Below are positions 59,601 to 64,000 of a stretch of DNA of 64,000 nt, in pieces. The stretch lies in NCBI GenBank assembly GCA_043228905.1, contig JBHGNT010000013.1:434001-498000 (forward strand), given 5' to 3'. Source of the stretch: Azolla caroliniana. Taxonomy: Eukaryota; Plantae; Polypodiophyta. Every line of letters begins with the position of its first letter. The stretch's first letter is position 1. The notes beneath the pieces are model-generated. The model was not told the DNA's origin. It saw nothing but the letters and a program-made list of their open reading frames with translations, and searched no databases. A program made the translations under genes and the position numbers.

Positions 59601-60868
59601 TGATAGAATGCTTCTCCTTTGATCATATTCAACTATGCTTTCTACACATCTTCGACCAAACTCAATCCTTGCATGAATTTCCCTCATAATCACAATGTCT
59701 CCTCTCTTGCAACATTCATTGGTAAAGTTCTTGATCATCCAAAGCCGCCACTCACTTTCACATCTAATACGTTCAATGTTTAAGAACTTCACTCACTTGC
59801 AATATCGATCTATCTATCTAACTATCTACTTAGTATCTAACTATCTATCTAAAGCATTGGAATGCTATTTCGACATTGTACAACTGACATATACTAAAGC
59901 TTCAAACCCATCTTTCCTTCAAAAAAATTGAGATCAACTATGAACAAAAAGTTCTAAGCTATTCAAAGATTCTCACAATACTAGATTCCCACAATTAGAT
60001 CTTAATCAAATCTGAGGGGGAGGACTAGTGTTTTGTCCTCATTTGGGAGACTCATACAAATTGTTTTGATTTTCATTTTGTATAAATAAAAAGCCACCTC
60101 ATTATGGTACATTTAGGTTAGATTGTCACAAAGGCAGGGGAAATCCTTCTAGACATCCTACAAGTTTATACATGAACAATGAATGTTTTAATATATAAAC
60201 TCAATGACCTTCTTTGATCTATGAGGAATTGAATCCAATTTCTTATGGGACAAGAATTGTTGGTTTTAAGAATTGCAAGAAATCTACCAAAAGACCAAAT
60301 TCATCTTGACTAGTGGATCTTGTAGTCAAACTCCCTTCCCATTTACACTTGACGGTTGATTGATTTCTGTCCAACCTAATCAAGAAACCTTTGCATGGCT
60401 CTATTACCCTTTAATAGGAGGATTGTGATCCATAGAATTTGTCTATCAAAGAGTTTTCGTTAACCGAAAACTATAGATGCAAGGTTAGAATCTTCACCCT
60501 TGTAGGGTGATATCTCAATGATGGTTGGGGCCCCTCTAGAGGGCGAGCATCTCCACCTAGCACCTAAGTTACGCAAAGAAGAGTTCGAAACCAATGCCAT
60601 GAAGCATCAAGCTTCATAGGATCTATCTATCTAGGTGTGAGCATTCACCATCTTCAAAGACATGTCTATTTGTCACCACCAAAGTCTATGAATTCCTTAC
60701 CAATGTGTAGAGCATTGGAAGCTGGTGAATTCCGGGCCAAATATGAGTGACCGAGAACTTTAGGATCATCACGCTCATCATTTGATGAGATGGGAAAGGG
60801 ATCATATAGGGACATGGGCTGCTATGTGAATATGGGAATTAGACAATACACGAGCAGAAAGACAAGGT

Positions 60869-60885
60869 TGTGTGTGTGTGTGTGT

Positions 60886-60936
<51 letters not shown>
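60869..60936. repeat. (GT)n microsatellite
   Basis: Directly visible. Confidence 0.95.
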
Positions 60937-60937
<1 letters not shown>

Positions 60938-61100
60938 ACGTGCGCGCACAAGACAAGGCTACGAGTGTGTGCACGTGCGCTTCCAACAAACATGACCCAA
61001 AATACCCCCTCACTTTTTGTGGTAAGTGAGAGCAACCACCCACACACATACACAAACACATGCCACCCACACACATACACAAACACATGGATGCAGGCAT

Positions 61101-61193
61101 TCATACATACATATACACATACATCTATGCAGCATACATACATACACACATACATACATACTTAGTTACATACACACATACATACATACTTAA

Positions 61194-61224
<31 letters not shown>

Positions 61225-61290
61225 CATACATACATACATACATACATACATACATACATACATACATACATACATGCATGCATGCATACA
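61101..61290. repeat. (TACA)n microsatellite, partly degenerate
   Basis: Directly visible. Confidence 0.93.
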
Positions 61291-61561
61291 TATATATTAA
61301 TATACTGTATATGTACATACGTAAAACATGCTTTTATGTACTTCAAAAGCTTTCAAAATATTGGATATCATGATAGAGATAGAGCGACATTAGCAAAGGA
61401 AAAAGATAGAACAAAAAAGAAAACCAGAAAAGAAAAAAGCAAAGAAAAAACGCAGCGACGTTATAGCCGCCCGCAGCAGAGCTTCATAAATCCATGGCCA
61501 CTACCTTCAAAATTAGGGTATCTACTCAGTTCCTGGGCTGCGCTCTGCTCCTCTCTGTGTC

Positions 61562-62785
61562 ATGATGAGAGAAGAAGAAGAAGGAGGAGGTGCCATGGCG
61601 GCCATTGTCTTCGGAATCCCCGTTATCTTCTTAGGAATCCCGGTGATCTCAGTCCCAGAATACTCTGCTGATGACGAGTTCAGCGAGGAATCTATGGCGG
61701 CGGATGGTGATGTCCACACATCCGCTGAAGAGGATCCTGAATCGGAATCAGACGCACATTCTGCCATCGACGGAAAAGTTAGGCCACAAGCTGATTTGGT
61801 GATAGAGGAATCCAGCGATTCAGATGAGGAGGATCTCTTCCCCCCTGGATATTCACTCGGCGTTTGCAGGGAATCCGAAGATTCCGAGGAATATTCCGCC
61901 ACCGGTGCGGGCGAGGGATGGTTCACAGCTAGTGATCAAGGATTCGCAGACGCGTGGACGGATGAGCATCGCAGCATCCAGTATACCCTAACAGGAGGGC
62001 TACAAGTCGCGGCCGATGGGATGTATGAAGGCCTGCCGCTCTTTCCAAGGTTCCATCACCGCATGACCTGCCCCAGCCAGTTCAGTGATGGATCTGAAGA
62101 ATCAGGAGAAGAGCAAGAGGATGCATATGGTGATGGTCATGGCCATGGCCATGGCGATAGCGATGGCGGCAAGAATGAGGGACAGGGCGAGCATTACGAG
62201 GGCCATGATGATGGTGATAGCGATGGCGATGATGATGATGATGCGTATGTGGATCCAGATGTGGGCTATGGTGATGAAGCTCACGAGGGTGAGGGAACCG
62301 ATGGCGATGAGCAGAAGCTGTATGATGATGGCATGGAGGATCGGGACGATGAGGAAGAAGATGAGATTGACTGCAGGCAGCAGGAGCAGGAAGAAGAGGA
62401 TAGTGATGATGGTGATGGTGATGGTGATGGTGATGGTGATGGTGATGATGATGGTGATGGCCATGAGGTCAAATTGTATGAAGGCAATGAATCTGAGTTT
62501 GAGAAGGTTTATGATGAGCACAAGGATGTGTTATTGGACCATGTTCTACGTGGCTATGTCTTTGTGGAAGCCCGGGGGGCTAACGATCGAGGAGGAGATG
62601 CGCTCACGGTCCATCACAAGCTCAACATTAATGGTGGTAATTATGTTAATGATGATGTTAATGATGATGTTAATGATGATGTTAATGATGATGATAATGA
62701 GGATTATGGTGGTGATGGTGACCATCATGATCATCTGGTTGGGGAGGAGGATAGTTATGTTCTTGTCAACATAGATAGTCAATGA
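61562..62785 (+). CDS. Orphan intronless, highly acidic (D/E/G-rich) 407-aa protein; candidate host gene
   Basis: Uninterrupted ORF, GC-richer than its flanks, non-repetitive N-terminal half, TATA-like CATAAAT near 61485. Confidence 0.5.
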   Translation: MMREEEEGGGAMAAIVFGIPVIFLGIPVISVPEYSADDEFSEESMAADGDVHTSAEEDPESESDAHSAIDGKVRPQADLVIEESSDSDEEDLFPPGYSLGVCRESEDSEEYSATGAGEGWFTASDQGFADAWTDEHRSIQYTLTGGLQVAADGMYEGLPLFPRFHHRMTCPSQFSDGSEESGEEQEDAYGDGHGHGHGDSDGGKNEGQGEHYEGHDDGDSDGDDDDDAYVDPDVGYGDEAHEGEGTDGDEQKLYDDGMEDRDDEEEDEIDCRQQEQEEEDSDDGDGDGDGDGDGDDDGDGHEVKLYEGNESEFEKVYDEHKDVLLDHVLRGYVFVEARGANDRGGDALTVHHKLNINGGNYVNDDVNDDVNDDVNDDDNEDYGGDGDHHDHLVGEEDSYVLVNIDSQ

Positions 62786-62865
62786 GGTGGTGAGCACACT
62801 CAGTACCTAGTGAAAGTTGGTTGGTTATGTGGTTGGGACAAAAATGTGTATAGACAAAAGTAGTA

Positions 62866-62868
<3 letters not shown>

Positions 62869-62921
<53 letters not shown>
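62869..62921. repeat. (GA)n microsatellite
   Basis: Directly visible. Confidence 0.95.
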
Positions 62922-62923
<2 letters not shown>

Positions 62924-64000
62924 AACATCATATATTAGAAACCATGTGATCCACTTACTAAACTTCACTAGAATGGATTATGTACATAAAGTAGATCATG
63001 AGGACCCATCTATTATTATATATGTAATATATAAATGCTTGTATTTTGCATTTTCTCTCTTCAAAGAGTCTTATGAATGTTGTCATTTCTCGAACTTAAT
63101 ACATACTTGCGAATGTTTTCGTTTCTCGAACTACAAAACCAAAGCTTATACACACTTTGCTTGCACGTGTGGGAAACGCTCACCTAAGGGATGAATCGGC
63201 ATTCTATCTTTCCATGTGTACATCACATGCATTTTAAGAGATGAGGGTAAATCTAAGAAACATGGAAAAAACTTTCCATATGTATATATGGGCATCGATG
63301 TTTAATAGGATATTAAAGATTAACCATCGATTATCCAATTCTTCACATTTTTATTAGATGCATGACATTAACAATATGTTTTGTGTTTATATGTAGTTAT
63401 CTCTAGAAGTATTTTCTAGCATAATATAGATTAAGATCGCAATATGGGACTGTGAATTAAGCGACCCAAGTTGAAGACAAACACGTCCATCATATTATGA
63501 ACATATGACATGTCAAGCACAATAGTTCATGTTGGAGGGGTAGGGGGCACTTTTTCCTTAGCTTTATGTCACAATAATCAAGATATGTGGCTCATGGTGG
63601 GTCGGGGGACACTTTTTTGGGTATACCATATATGTATATTGAATGTACAAATAATGCAAATATATCATTGCCTTAATACTACATATGGTCTTCAGTAGTG
63701 GGACATAGTCTCTTGGCTTTGATCCCCCTTAAGCACAACATAGTTGATGAGATAGAGGTAGTTTTCTCCAAAAGTATAGTACGATTTGAAGAACCAAAAT
63801 GTCACATCGATAAAGGAGGATCAGAAGGAAGACATTAGTTCTCGCCACGTGATATAATAGTTAACACATGAAAATATAATGCCAATATTTACATTAGTTT
63901 TAAATTTGTTGCACATGTCCCAATTGTTTTCTTCAATCGTGTCTATGGGGAGGGTTTTTGTGGGACCCTCCATCAACCTCATCCCTCCCACATGTGACAC

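Noticed and set aside
59860-60760. Further gypsy remnants (PPT-like TGAGGGGGAGGA near 60013; possible minus-strand gag traces)
   Set aside because: Too decayed to delimit or classify by eye.
60790-61671. CV/HT/YIHT-repeat ORFs
   Set aside because: Translations of (GT)n and (TACA)n microsatellites.

Overview
Eukaryotic repeat-rich DNA, most likely from a non-seed land plant such as a fern or lycophyte (inferred from the retroelement lineages). About 58 kb is a nest of LTR retrotransposons that I resolved by reading LTR termini, target-site duplications (TSDs), primer-binding sites (PBS) and polypurine tracts (PPT). There are three Athila/Tat-related Ty3/gypsy copies (A 1-8676 with intact ORFs, B 11530-26675, I 43616-52860 decayed). 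A and B carry a conserved extra 3' ORF. There are two Tcn1-like chromoviruses (C 16572-21864, E 36022-41805) and a non-coding relative (G 54714-58080). One tRNA-Trp-primed gypsy has a 4-bp TSD (D 26963-33867). Four Ty1/copia copies are present (H, J, F, K), plus a 4 x 414-bp tandem array, a decayed LINE, microsatellites and two orphan ORFs. Main observations: (1) A and B have no PPT; in its place is a covarying, CCA-ended copy of a tRNA 3' half, 2 nt from the 3' LTR. (2) C, E and G show Tf1-type self-priming with three different primer/PBS pairs at identical spacing. (3) The same three families carry an antisense tRNA-like A-box/B-box cassette at the start of U3. (4) The E LTRs contain perfect heat-shock elements. 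Coordinates and mismatch counts were read by eye. tRNA assignments are from memory and need a database check.
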